Source: a virus
Taxonomy: Duplodnaviria > Caudoviricetes
DNA length: 64,000 bases
IMG/VR virus record: IMGVR_UViG_3300011113_000415
Reading direction: 5' to 3' (one strand)
Shown: positions 54,115 to 64,000 of the stretch, in pieces
Layout: each line of letters starts with the position of its first letter
Numbering within the stretch: the stretch's first letter is position 1
Translations under genes and position numbers: made by a program
The notes under the pieces: model-generated
What the model was told of the DNA's origin: nothing
Seen by the model: only the letters and a program-made list of their open reading frames with translations
The model's database searches: none

Positions 54115-55116
54115 TTAGGCTACACTGGCAGCAATTGTAGGTGTTCCCCACGAACTGGTTAAGGTGGCCGAACTTGGTGGGAGATATGTGACCAAGGTGG
54201 TTGGTGCTGTGGCTACTCCAATCGAGGTGGCTGGACTAGTTACTGCTGTACCGCCTGAAATATTTGCAGTGGTGCCTGCGCCCGATGATCCATCACTGAC
54301 CCAGGTTGTGACCAAAGTCAATATTGTTGAGGTAGCATCAACTGCGGCTGTGGTCCGAATGTACTCACCCGAGTATGGTGCAGTGGCATTGGTCAACTGG
54401 AATATTGTAGTTGCCGCGGCACCAGCCACCAGTGTGTACCAACCTGTTGTGGTAGTCAACGTAGTTTGAGTGCCGCCTGTGCCGTTCAACCGTGTGGTTC
54501 CAGTGTAGGCTTGTCCTGCTATGGTCTGCGAATTGCTGTTGACTCGTCCAGAAAAATAAATTGATCCGCACTGTCCAGCAAAAGTATTCCAGTCTGGATC
54601 AGTGTCAGTGCCTGTAGAACTTTTGCCATATTGAAGGCGAACAATACCACCTGCATTCCAAAAATAACGTGCCTGAGCCGCACTTGGAAATGTCACAGTA
54701 TGTGTAAATGTAATAGTCCAAGCGGCTTGTCCTGAACCTGTAGCGGTGGTCTTGCTTGTGGTGCCTGTAAATGTTCCATATTCAGTGCCTGATGCTATTG
54801 CATTGCCACGATTGGTTGTTACACTAGTAATGTCAGCACTTACGTTGGCCAAAATACCAATCACATTTCCGGTTACAGGTGCTGTTCTTGATGTAAGAGT
54901 TGTGTTGGTTTGTGTGCCAGATGTGGCCAAATTGTTGACTAGTGTAGCCCATTGCGTGGCGGTTACGGTATTACCAGTGGTCTGTGCTACAAAAGCAGTT
55001 TGGCCCCAACCCTTATCACCCGATCCAGTGCCCCATATGTCATTCAAACCGCCTGCAGTAGTTGTAAAGGTATTGTAATCACTTGCTTGTATAATGTTAC
55101 CTGTTGAGTAAGTCAT
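54115..55116 (-). CDS. virion structural protein (tail fibre/baseplate-like, T/G/S-rich)
   Basis: low-complexity T/G/A composition; within structural operon. Confidence 0.75.
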   Translation of the reverse strand: MTYSTGNIIQASDYNTFTTTAGGLNDIWGTGSGDKGWGQTAFVAQTTGNTVTATQWATLVNNLATSGTQTNTTLTSRTAPVTGNVIGILANVSADITSVTTNRGNAIASGTEYGTFTGTTSKTTATGSGQAAWTITFTHTVTFPSAAQARYFWNAGGIVRLQYGKSSTGTDTDPDWNTFAGQCGSIYFSGRVNSNSQTIAGQAYTGTTRLNGTGGTQTTLTTTTGWYTLVAGAAATTIFQLTNATAPYSGEYIRTTAAVDATSTILTLVTTWVSDGSSGAGTTANISGGTAVTSPATSIGVATAPTTLVTYLPPSSATLTSSWGTPTIAASVA

Positions 55117-55128
55117 TGCTGTTTCCTG

Positions 55129-56352
55129 TTATTTGATTGTGACTATGGCTTCTACTGTGCCAAGTCCTGCGTCTAATTTATCTGCCAACGCACGGCCAAT
55201 GACATTAAATGCAGTGGCTTCTTCGGGTTGGGCAGATCTAGCAATACCGTCGCCTGCCGAAATCAATCTGTCACCTTTGCGCACTATGCCTGTTACACGC
55301 ACAGGCACACGACCTGTCATGGCCACTGGAGGATGTGTGTCATTTTCGCCTGCACCACCATTCATGGTAAATGCTGGGCGTGTAGAAATCACACCAAATA
55401 CTGAGTCACTGGCATCTGATTTGACTCGAGTAATTTCAGCCAAGCCGCCCAGTTCAACCACGGTACCTGGCTCGTACACTTCATCTGCGGCAAAACGTTC
55501 TGCAACGTCAGCATACAAGGCTGTGGTTGCTGTGGCAAAAATTGTGTTGAAATAACTGCCTGATGATCCAATGTTACCAATGGCGTTTCCAGCACCGTTC
55601 ACAATGGCAGTGGCAGCACCACCTGTGTTTATTGTTACAGCACCAGTCACGCTTAATGTGCCACCAGTTACTAAGTTGCCGCCAGTTACAGTACCGGTCG
55701 CCGACACAGTTCCTGAGGCTGAGAGATTGGTTCCAACCACATTGCCATACACAGCATTGTTTGAAACACCTGTTGCAAGAGTCAAACCAGGACTTATATT
55801 TTGAACACCCCAACCTCCGCCAACACTACTACCGGGAGTAAAAGTTGAATCTTTGCTGATGATGCCAACTATGGTATTGGCGGCATAGAGTTCAATTACA
55901 CTGTGTGTTACTGCGGTATTGTCAGTGATGGTAGCAACAATAGCACCTGTGGTACCTGTGCCTGGTGTGTAAGCAGGTCCTACCACAATCCAAGCAGAAC
56001 CAGTCCAAACATTCAGTTGTTGGTTGACAGTATCGTACCACAAATCACCTGTTACATTGTTACTTGGAGCACTAGATGCCGAAGTAGCACCACCAAGAGT
56101 TTTGAATCCGGTGCCATTGTATACTTGCATTGTGCCAGTGGTTTTGTTGAACCAAAGTTGACCAGTAAGTGGTGCGCCGGGCGCTGTGGTATTGGCACCA
56201 CTTTCTAGCAATCGAATAAAGTTATCGTCTAGAAATTGTCCATAGCCGGCCCAGTTTTTGCCTACCAAAGTCATGCTGGACGCAGTGTTTACAGTTCCGT
56301 CCGCTATGGTAGCAAAAATTGCGCCATCAGTTAGTGTAATTGTATATGCCAT
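55129..56352 (-). CDS. tail fibre-like structural protein
   Basis: LVGKNWAGYG..NF, GQLWFN and GDLWYD repeats, YADVAERF, GRVPV. Confidence 0.8.
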   Translation of the reverse strand: MAYTITLTDGAIFATIADGTVNTASSMTLVGKNWAGYGQFLDDNFIRLLESGANTTAPGAPLTGQLWFNKTTGTMQVYNGTGFKTLGGATSASSAPSNNVTGDLWYDTVNQQLNVWTGSAWIVVGPAYTPGTGTTGAIVATITDNTAVTHSVIELYAANTIVGIISKDSTFTPGSSVGGGWGVQNISPGLTLATGVSNNAVYGNVVGTNLSASGTVSATGTVTGGNLVTGGTLSVTGAVTINTGGAATAIVNGAGNAIGNIGSSGSYFNTIFATATTALYADVAERFAADEVYEPGTVVELGGLAEITRVKSDASDSVFGVISTRPAFTMNGGAGENDTHPPVAMTGRVPVRVTGIVRKGDRLISAGDGIARSAQPEEATAFNVIGRALADKLDAGLGTVEAIVTIK

Positions 56353-56379
56353 TTGTTACTCCGAATACTCTATCTCTAT

Positions 56380-56994
56380 TTATGCTACGCTCAAGTTGGT
56401 TAGAGTCTGTATACGCACAGTGTAATCAATTTGTATTTGGCGATTTAGACTCTTTTGCACAGGGTGAAAAATCACATGGGTCAGAAGTCGATCCGCTGTG
56501 GTTCCTGTCCATGCTTTCAACCCTAATTCATCAAACACATATTCACCATTAAAATTGGTAGAATTATCAAATGCTTGCTGTCCTGGAGGCTCTCCATAAT
56601 CCAGTAAACATGTGACCAAAATGTCAGTGTAAACCTTGCCAGACGTATGCAACACAGTCATTTTGTTGTTGGTAGGATCTGTATCGGCTGCTGAGTTGTC
56701 ATCAACAACTTTGGCATAGGTTTGATTGTAGAGATCTGCATTGATGCCAGTGGTATTTGGGGGCAAATATGTAATGATGCCAGTGGGATCTACACTGCTT
56801 CCACCATTGCCAAATGCCATTTCATAAATCCAGCCACCGCCCTGTGCGCTGGTTCTATTGCTGAGAGTTTCAGCCAGGCTAATGCTCATGTTTTCGTAAT
56901 GAATTGCATTCTTCTTGTCAACAAATACTTCTTTGGAATTTGGATCAAATATCTTTACAAATCCCTCGATTTTTACCATGCTAGGAGAAATCAT
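56380..56994 (-). CDS. virion structural protein
   Basis: MAFGNGG, LDYGEP, FDELGL, THVIFHPVQKS; within structural operon. Confidence 0.8.
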   Translation of the reverse strand: MISPSMVKIEGFVKIFDPNSKEVFVDKKNAIHYENMSISLAETLSNRTSAQGGGWIYEMAFGNGGSSVDPTGIITYLPPNTTGINADLYNQTYAKVVDDNSAADTDPTNNKMTVLHTSGKVYTDILVTCLLDYGEPPGQQAFDNSTNFNGEYVFDELGLKAWTGTTADRLLTHVIFHPVQKSLNRQIQIDYTVRIQTLTNLSVA

Positions 56995-57137
56995 GCTCTA
57001 GTCTCCACAAAAGTTTGTTTGGTTTTGGGATCAAAAATCTTCACAAATCCTGTAACCGAAACTGATCCCTGTTCATTAGGGCGTTTGGGCTGTGAGTCGG
57101 TTTTTTGTTTGACAGGTTGTTGATTATTTTGCATCAT
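56991..57137 (-). CDS. small protein with GFVKIFDP motif
   Basis: ATGA overlap; shares GFVKIFDP with the N-terminus of 56380..56994. Confidence 0.6.
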   Translation of the reverse strand: MMQNNQQPVKQKTDSQPKRPNEQGSVSVTGFVKIFDPKTKQTFVETRA

Positions 57138-57156
57138 GTTTTATTTACCTTGTTCT

Positions 57157-60100
57157 TTAGCCTCTAAAAAACTCGGCGGCTTCAGTGTTGGTATATTCCA
57201 AACCTACACCATCGTAAGCAGTGGTCGAACCCGCACCGTACCAACTGAGTCCTTGACGTACTCGAATTGTGACCTGATAACCTGCTGTGGGTGCTGTGGT
57301 AAATTGTACTGTGACTGGGTTGTCTCCAGTGACTGAGTACCCACTGGTTTGCAGAAGTCCGCCTACATAAACCAAAACAGCCTGCTCGTCAAAAGTGGAA
57401 TCTTCTTGGCTTAGATCTACATCTGCTGTGAAGATAGTGGTAGTTCCGTCTGCCAAGGTGTTAGATCCCACGTAGTGATCTTGATATATCACTGGTGCCA
57501 AATTGTCTCTATTCAAGTTATAGACAAGTATTGGGGATATTGTACGGGCCCAGTACTCTGTATCAGAAATTGGTACTGCTTCGCTAGAAGGAACATTCTG
57601 GATGGCTGTATAAAAAACATCACTATCATTGACTATCTGACCTTTAGTATAAGAATTAGCAATATTCCATATTACCGGAATTAAATGATCAGTAGCGGCA
57701 GTACCAGCAGTACCTCTTAAGAGACTGCTTACTGTGTTTGTTATAAGATTGCGTTCACGATACATGATGCGCTCGCCATTGACTGTTAGCACCCCCCATA
57801 CATTATTGGCAAGATCAGGTTCCGCAAGTGCACCTGCATCGTTGACATATATTGTGTCCTGGTCAGGATACAATGTTTGAATCAATTCAGTGGTGGTTGC
57901 TGGTGTCATTCTATATGTGGCCTGAACGCCACGCATGTCTTGGAAAATACGCAATTCCAAACCAGTTATTGGATCACTTTCAAGCACCACGATGACAGAT
58001 CCATTGGCCGGCGCAGTATTGAAAGTTACTTCGGCCACTGTACTATCACTGCTGACTGTGTATTGATCTGGAGATATCACCACATTGTTCACTGCTACCT
58101 CAACGTCCAATGAAGCAGTGGGTGCATAGTAAGGCCCAGTTGTGGAGCCGTCCCCATAAGAAAGGTTGAATTGTCTAGAGTACACACGGAAGTCCAAGGT
58201 ATCAAAGACAGCACCAGGAACAAGTTCTTCTGGAGCATGACTTTCATATGGACCAACAAATTGGCCGCCATCAACATTGATATCTGTGGCTCTGGTTCCC
58301 AAGTAGGGATCTAAAAAACTGCTTTCGTAGATGGCATCAAGTATGGCCGGATCATATGTGGGACGCCCCTCAGGTCCATAACTGATGTTGTCAAAAGGAT
58401 TGATGTCAAAATTCCCCACATCAAATCCAGTGTTTTGTGAAAATGTGGGTGCCGAAACCTGCACCCCAGGATAGGCAATTCCATCAATCAACAACGGTAA
58501 ATCCAGTCCTGGTTCATTGGGTCCTGGCACATAGTAACCCATGGTGCGGTCAACGCCACTTAGAGCACTGGCTGGAATCAACAGCCAATTGTCAGGATCA
58601 AATTCAGCAGATTGCACAGGCGTACTGTCACCGCTGTTGGCTTGCCATACTCTGTTGTCATAGCGCACTTGAACGCCGTTGTCATAAGCCACGTTGGCTT
58701 GCCAAGTTTCAATTGTCGTGGTGTATTGATAACGATCGTACCGGATAGTGGTGTTGATGCTACGAACCAAATCGTTGCCCATGACAGCCACGATCCGTCC
58801 TCCTGTACCGTTACCACCCGAAACAGTTATGATGGCTGTTGAGGTATAACCTGACCCTGGGTCAGTTATAGTTACAGAACTGATCGCGCCTGCGCTGTTG
58901 ACAGTGGCTGTCATTGTGGCCTGAGACACACAGTCTCCTGTGACAGTAAGTTCAGGTGCAACTGTGTAGCCACTGCCGCCGTCGGCAATGACCACATCCT
59001 GAATGCTGAGAGTGTAGTTTTCAAACCAAAAACTGTAAGGTTGAGTTTGCCATAAAGCACTGTCAGGATCAACGTCACTGTAGGTACTGGGATGGCCTGT
59101 TCCTGTGGCTGTACTTAAAGTATAAGGAGTCAACACAGGACTCATGTACTGATTGGGCACTTGTGTGGTATTGTAAAATGCCGGCAAATCAAAATCGGCT
59201 AGGGTACCTTGATACACATCAAGACCGTTGTAGATCAAATTGAATTCACGTATTTGCACATGATAGGGTTTGACTTCTTGAATATAGTTCAACACAAAGT
59301 CTTGATTGTCTCTTTGATATGTTTGATAAGGAATCAACTGACGAATTTTGTGGTCAACGTCAATCAAACTGGTCTTGGTCAGCCACTCAGGTGCTTCAAA
59401 TTCGCTCAGCACAAAGTTGAACATAAGGATCAATGCACGGTTGCGTTCGATCAGTAGATCTCCAATCAACAACTGCTCGTTGATTGCCTGTATAATCTTC
59501 CTGGTTTCTGTCACAGGCTCTTGATCAAAGTGCTGTGCATCAAAAACCTCAACATCAAATCCATAACGACCCAAAGCATAATCCCACAGTTGTGCTAGGA
59601 ACTGTATGGTTCCGTCCTGTAAACCCACTCGATCCCATCCTGTGTTGGTTCTCAAGTATATTTCAAATTTGCCTTGACTGTTGGCAGTAACTTTGACACT
59701 ACTGCCCACAGGAGCCGCTGTCAAACTTAGAGTGTTGAGAGTGGTCACATTGGACACTTCAGCAATGATCTTGACACTTGAATTGTAGCCCGGCAAATAC
59801 CATGTGACATATTCCCAATAGTTCCTAGTGTCATAATTTTGCACACGACTCAAGAACAGAGTAGCAAAAGTCTTGGGAGTGGTTATTGTGTAAATGGTCC
59901 ACAAACCGTTTTGAGTGCTGTCGCTGACCACCAGATACTTGTAGCCTACTGGTACTTGAGCCAGGTCTTGATAACTGAGTTCTTCGATGTTGGCCACACG
60001 CTTGTTCCAGGCTCCAGTGCCTGCTTGAGGTTCTGGTTCACTGCTGTTCAACAAATTAAAACTGCGAATTTCTGATATAGGATACTGTAGCAACACTGCA

Positions 60101-63100
60101 TTCACGTACTGCAAATAATTTTGCAAAGCCAAAAATCTGTTGTCAAACATGCTTTGTCTAGGGCGGAACTGCACACCATAGCGTTGTGCAGGACTCAACC
60201 CAGGATCAGGCACAAGAGCCCCCAATGGATCTGCACCACATAAACTGTCCTGTAATTTTTGATAGAGATTGTCTGGTAAAAATCCATTAGCACGATCTTG
60301 TGGCAACAAATCATATTGCACATGAACATTGTCATCAGTATACTGTCTATCAAACTCAATGCTGAGCACAGTATCGTAGGCACTGAGTTGATCCATTCCG
60401 TTGTAGATGGCTGTGGCACTAGGGCTCACAAATGCCACATAAGGGATACCACTGCTACGAGGATCAGCAATGTATCTAGCAACGCCAGTAGGACTCAGAG
60501 TCTTTCCGGCTGTGGTATTGATTGTGACGATATTTTTTACCCAGAAATAGTATGTGGTTCCAAACACACCTGTGGTGTTTAATCCAGTGGTCACACAGTA
60601 GTTGGTTACGTTTCTAGGTATACCAGGACCTGTGTAGTTGGCAGGAGGTACTGTGCTCGAGACCCACTGATAAACGTCCACTGTACTTCCTGGGAATATT
60701 TGAGCCCAGCGTCGTGCGGCGTACACAATGTCGTCCTGGTTGGGGTCAATGAATCTCACTGAGTTAGTGTCCCACCACATTTGGCCTTCGTGTGTGGCTG
60801 CCCAAATTCTACCGTTGTTGTTTTTGGCGCCCACGTTGTAGGCAGCAGGATCAACTGCGCCGATGTAGTCAATGTTTTGACGTGCGGCACCCAATATCTT
60901 GCCTTGTAGCGGATCAACAAAATCAAAGAATGCAGTTTTGGCGCTGGTGATACGATCGTATGTGAATACTCCGTTGATTAGATCAATGTCTACCACTGGC
61001 TGTTGCACGTTGGTTACCGTCCAGGCAGGAGAAAGATCTGGATTGTTGAAGATAGAAACTGCTCCATAGTTGTGAGGATCTAACGTGCTATCGCCGAGGT
61101 CATCTCCAGGACTGCCTGCTAACAATATGCCATTAGTATAATCAACTGAGGTGCCGTATTGATCCAACTCACTTACTGTTTGATCGTAAACTTGTTGTCC
61201 AAATGCAAACTTGCCAGGGTTTGAGACAGAACTTTCTGCACTGGCAAAGTAATCGTATGTGTATACTGCACCGCTTTGAATTAATGGTCCATTGAATATT
61301 GTGGTCTTGCTGTCAAAATATGTATCGCCGGCATCAAAGGTTGTGGGGCGGTACAGATTACCACGTGGTGCTCCTACTGTGAGTGTGAGCGCCGTGGTGT
61401 CAATGTTCACGGCACTACCAAATCCTGCATAAGCCACTGGGTATGGACTGGTGATAGTCTGAGTGTATACAAAAGTCTCAAAGCCCAGGCTGCTAAAGAT
61501 GCTACCAACCAGGCCAGGAAGCACAGTCAACTTGTTGCCGGCCACTGCGGCATCTGTGTTCTTGACGCTGACTGTGAGTAGGCCAAACGTTTGTGTTCCT
61601 GAGGCGCCGGCACGAGCAATCACGTTGGGAACTGTGCTAGAGTTGATGTCTTGAGCAAGTTGTGCGGCCCAACTGCTGACCTGCCAATATGTGGTGTCAG
61701 TCAATGCTGTGCCTGTTGGTACTGCCTTGATAGCAACATAAAGATCAGCACCGTCAATAACAATAGTACCAACAGTATAGGTCAACCCAATCAACCAGGT
61801 AGTGGGTGCGCTTAACTCAACTTCCATATTGTTGATTCTAATGGTGTCGCCAACAGTCAATGTGGCGTTTGTTGTTGACGTTGTTATACCATAAACGCGA
61901 CTTTGATTCACTTGACGTTCTACAGAACCTGCGTATGGTAAAACACTACTGTCTTGTGGTGCACCAGCGTACAGACTACAATTGTAAAGGCAAAGATCCA
62001 CTGCCTGCCCAAAGTTTGCATTGTACAATGGACTTGCAGATCCAACTTTCTGAATCAGAGAAAATGTGTTGACGTCAATCTCTAGTATGTCTCCCACTGC
62101 GGCAGATGCGGCCAAGGTGATTTCATTGGCACCAGTTACTGTATACTGTCCTGTTGGATTGCCAGCACTGTTGGTCAAGAATTGATTGTTCAACATCACT
62201 GAAGTTGGTGACACCAAAGACGTATCTGTTTGATACACTGTTTGTGTAGCACTTGTAACAATAAATCTCTGTACTGATCGATCATACACGTAAACTGACC
62301 CTGCATCACCTACAGAATCATATGTGTCATTTGGACAACCAATCATTATTTGTCTGCCATCTGTGGAACAACTGATTGATTCACCAAATCTTGCATCGGC
62401 AGCAAGTCCTGTCGGGGCCAAGGTGGTGACATAATTGTAATAACTTTGTGTGCTAACATTGATAGAGCCAGTTGGTATATGGGCAGAATCAAATGTTATG
62501 TCTCTAGTGCTGTTGCTAAATGTGTAATCTATGTTGGGGCGTTGCACAATGCCGTTTACTTCAACTCTAAAACTGTAGATATTGGTAGCACTGTACAAGT
62601 ATTCATTCAATGAGAACACCTGTGTGACTCCATTGCCTGTGAACGTTTGGGCAATACGACGACCAATCTTCAACACAAGATCTTGTACCGGAGTCGAATT
62701 CAAAGAAACGCTGGTTCCGTTTACAGTATAGTCAGTTGTGTAAGTTAGCAGTTGATTGTTCAGCACCACAAACAACTGTTCGTACTCTCCAGAATCAATT
62801 ATTACATCATTGTTGTATTGGAAAACAGATTGTGTTCCATCTGTGACATATTCTACAAGTTGTGCCTCTATGTCTACTCGTCCATAGGCAAACACTTGAT
62901 TGATGCCAGGAGCACCAATATACATCCATTGTTCGTCTGGACTTACCACAACGCTGGTTCCAAATTTACTGCCCGAATCTATGTAACTGGGATTTGGAAC
63001 AGTCAGCAGATTTGATAACAAGAAAGTTGGACTGTTGGGAAATCTATAAATTATCGCGGCGTATCCAGAATTTGCACTGGAGTCAGATCCGATACTGTCG

Positions 63101-64000
63101 GGTGCTCCAACTGCTCCCCAGGTCTGATTACCAATGCTGACAACTGATCCAAACCCATATGTTCCTGGGTTGTTACACTCAATGATACTGTTTTGAGTAA
63201 ATGGGTTACCTGAAGTTCTTACATAGGTATACAGTGCGCCTGATTGTGTGTCTCCATAGCCTGGGGCGCCTACAAAAGCAAACACATTGTCATGAGCCTG
63301 GGCAACACTTGTGCCAAACTCACTACCTGCCACAGGAGAAGTTACCAGAATTTGTCCACTGGTATGGAATACTTCTTGTTTTTGTACCACTTCCCACAAA
63401 CCTGCACCGTTGTCATCGATCCAGGCGCGATCTCCTGGTATTAGATTGTTAACATATGGCAGTGTAATAATATCACTGCCTTGTGCTATCCGTTGACTCT
63501 GTAGTGTAAAGGGTGTGCCTGTTCCTGAGGCCACAATTTGGTCTGACTGCAAGAATGTGAAAGCAATAGTAACCTGGAAAATGTTAGGCACATTGATCAC
63601 TCGGTACACACCATCTACACCAGAGCCAAAATACTTGATCAACAAAATATTGTCTGCTACCAACCCGTGAGCCTGACTGAAAGTAACCACAGCAGTACCA
63701 TTGAGGTTTGAATTAACTTGCGTGACTTTGCCTGACACTTGCGCTGTTCTGTAAATGCCCCAGTCGTAGTCATTGATCTTGGCCACCCATACTATGGATC
63801 CCACATTTACATTGTTTAAATCTGCTGCCAACGAAGCAGTGTTATCAATGTTGAACACTGTGATGTCAACATCGTCAATGTTCACGTATCCAGCACTGGG
63901 CAACACAGTGTCAGTTTTTTTGACCAAAGTTGTGGTCAAAATATCAGGACTAGTTATTTTGTAACTTTGATTCCAGATATCGTTGACTAAAACTGTTTGT
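57157..64000 (-). CDS. very large baseplate wedge-like structural protein, 5' truncated by the window edge
   Basis: more than 2260 aa; frame stays open from 63939 to 64000; GSGYT repeats, beta-propeller-like FG-x-S-V repeats, VKPYH. Confidence 0.85.
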   Translation of the reverse strand, partial: QTVLVNDIWNQSYKITSPDILTTTLVKKTDTVLPSAGYVNIDDVDITVFNIDNTASLAADLNNVNVGSIVWVAKINDYDWGIYRTAQVSGKVTQVNSNLNGTAVVTFSQAHGLVADNILLIKYFGSGVDGVYRVINVPNIFQVTIAFTFLQSDQIVASGTGTPFTLQSQRIAQGSDIITLPYVNNLIPGDRAWIDDNGAGLWEVVQKQEVFHTSGQILVTSPVAGSEFGTSVAQAHDNVFAFVGAPGYGDTQSGALYTYVRTSGNPFTQNSIIECNNPGTYGFGSVVSIGNQTWGAVGAPDSIGSDSSANSGYAAIIYRFPNSPTFLLSNLLTVPNPSYIDSGSKFGTSVVVSPDEQWMYIGAPGINQVFAYGRVDIEAQLVEYVTDGTQSVFQYNNDVIIDSGEYEQLFVVLNNQLLTYTTDYTVNGTSVSLNSTPVQDLVLKIGRRIAQTFTGNGVTQVFSLNEYLYSATNIYSFRVEVNGIVQRPNIDYTFSNSTRDITFDSAHIPTGSINVSTQSYYNYVTTLAPTGLAADARFGESISCSTDGRQIMIGCPNDTYDSVGDAGSVYVYDRSVQRFIVTSATQTVYQTDTSLVSPTSVMLNNQFLTNSAGNPTGQYTVTGANEITLAASAAVGDILEIDVNTFSLIQKVGSASPLYNANFGQAVDLCLYNCSLYAGAPQDSSVLPYAGSVERQVNQSRVYGITTSTTNATLTVGDTIRINNMEVELSAPTTWLIGLTYTVGTIVIDGADLYVAIKAVPTGTALTDTTYWQVSSWAAQLAQDINSSTVPNVIARAGASGTQTFGLLTVSVKNTDAAVAGNKLTVLPGLVGSIFSSLGFETFVYTQTITSPYPVAYAGFGSAVNIDTTALTLTVGAPRGNLYRPTTFDAGDTYFDSKTTIFNGPLIQSGAVYTYDYFASAESSVSNPGKFAFGQQVYDQTVSELDQYGTSVDYTNGILLAGSPGDDLGDSTLDPHNYGAVSIFNNPDLSPAWTVTNVQQPVVDIDLINGVFTYDRITSAKTAFFDFVDPLQGKILGAARQNIDYIGAVDPAAYNVGAKNNNGRIWAATHEGQMWWDTNSVRFIDPNQDDIVYAARRWAQIFPGSTVDVYQWVSSTVPPANYTGPGIPRNVTNYCVTTGLNTTGVFGTTYYFWVKNIVTINTTAGKTLSPTGVARYIADPRSSGIPYVAFVSPSATAIYNGMDQLSAYDTVLSIEFDRQYTDDNVHVQYDLLPQDRANGFLPDNLYQKLQDSLCGADPLGALVPDPGLSPAQRYGVQFRPRQSMFDNRFLALQNYLQYVNAVLLQYPISEIRSFNLLNSSEPEPQAGTGAWNKRVANIEELSYQDLAQVPVGYKYLVVSDSTQNGLWTIYTITTPKTFATLFLSRVQNYDTRNYWEYVTWYLPGYNSSVKIIAEVSNVTTLNTLSLTAAPVGSSVKVTANSQGKFEIYLRTNTGWDRVGLQDGTIQFLAQLWDYALGRYGFDVEVFDAQHFDQEPVTETRKIIQAINEQLLIGDLLIERNRALILMFNFVLSEFEAPEWLTKTSLIDVDHKIRQLIPYQTYQRDNQDFVLNYIQEVKPYHVQIREFNLIYNGLDVYQGTLADFDLPAFYNTTQVPNQYMSPVLTPYTLSTATGTGHPSTYSDVDPDSALWQTQPYSFWFENYTLSIQDVVIADGGSGYTVAPELTVTGDCVSQATMTATVNSAGAISSVTITDPGSGYTSTAIITVSGGNGTGGRIVAVMGNDLVRSINTTIRYDRYQYTTTIETWQANVAYDNGVQVRYDNRVWQANSGDSTPVQSAEFDPDNWLLIPASALSGVDRTMGYYVPGPNEPGLDLPLLIDGIAYPGVQVSAPTFSQNTGFDVGNFDINPFDNISYGPEGRPTYDPAILDAIYESSFLDPYLGTRATDINVDGGQFVGPYESHAPEELVPGAVFDTLDFRVYSRQFNLSYGDGSTTGPYYAPTASLDVEVAVNNVVISPDQYTVSSDSTVAEVTFNTAPANGSVIVVLESDPITGLELRIFQDMRGVQATYRMTPATTTELIQTLYPDQDTIYVNDAGALAEPDLANNVWGVLTVNGERIMYRERNLITNTVSSLLRGTAGTAATDHLIPVIWNIANSYTKGQIVNDSDVFYTAIQNVPSSEAVPISDTEYWARTISPILVYNLNRDNLAPVIYQDHYVGSNTLADGTTTIFTADVDLSQEDSTFDEQAVLVYVGGLLQTSGYSVTGDNPVTVQFTTAPTAGYQVTIRVRQGLSWYGAGSTTAYDGVGLEYTNTEAAEFFRG

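Noticed and set aside
1-64000. Stop-codon reassignment or suppressor tRNAs
   Set aside because: Long genes read intact in code 11 with TAA, TAG and TGA all used as stops; no CTA, TTA or TCA anticodon tRNA found.
1-64000. CRISPR array, integrase, transposase or reverse transcriptase
   Set aside because: No regularly spaced repeats and no catalytic motifs for these enzymes were seen.

Overview
Segment of a large tailed phage genome, most consistent with a T4-superfamily/jumbo myovirus read in standard code 11. The host is inferred to be a proteobacterium (near-consensus sigma70 promoters, tmRNA tag ANDSQFQLAA). Layout: (1) 1-6.8 kb: small early ORFs, an isolated unusual CAT tRNA, an ahpC-aldolase-ahpD operon and two phosphatases. 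(2) 6.8-17.3 kb: translation-support island with 26 more tRNAs covering all 20 amino acids, several unexplained structured RNAs, inserted cargo genes and a circularly permuted two-piece tmRNA whose intervening segment holds a GNAT gene. (3) 17.3-32 kb: hydrolase, GATase, short DnaE, RpoZ, TctA/TctC cassette, MoxR AAA+/vWA pair, ThyX. (4) 32-54 kb: nucleotide-sugar, carbamoyltransferase and glycosyltransferase-like genes with seven clustered radical SAM genes. (5) 54-64 kb: minus-strand tail fibre/baseplate genes, the last running off the window. The best candidate for a new system is at 6798-7030: a perfect sigma70 promoter, a 45-codon leader peptide using all 20 amino acids and 37 different codons, and a four-segment attenuator at the head of the tRNA array. 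It may act as a general tRNA-depletion sensor. No CRISPR array or integrase was seen. All calls come from reading the sequence by eye; no database searches were run.
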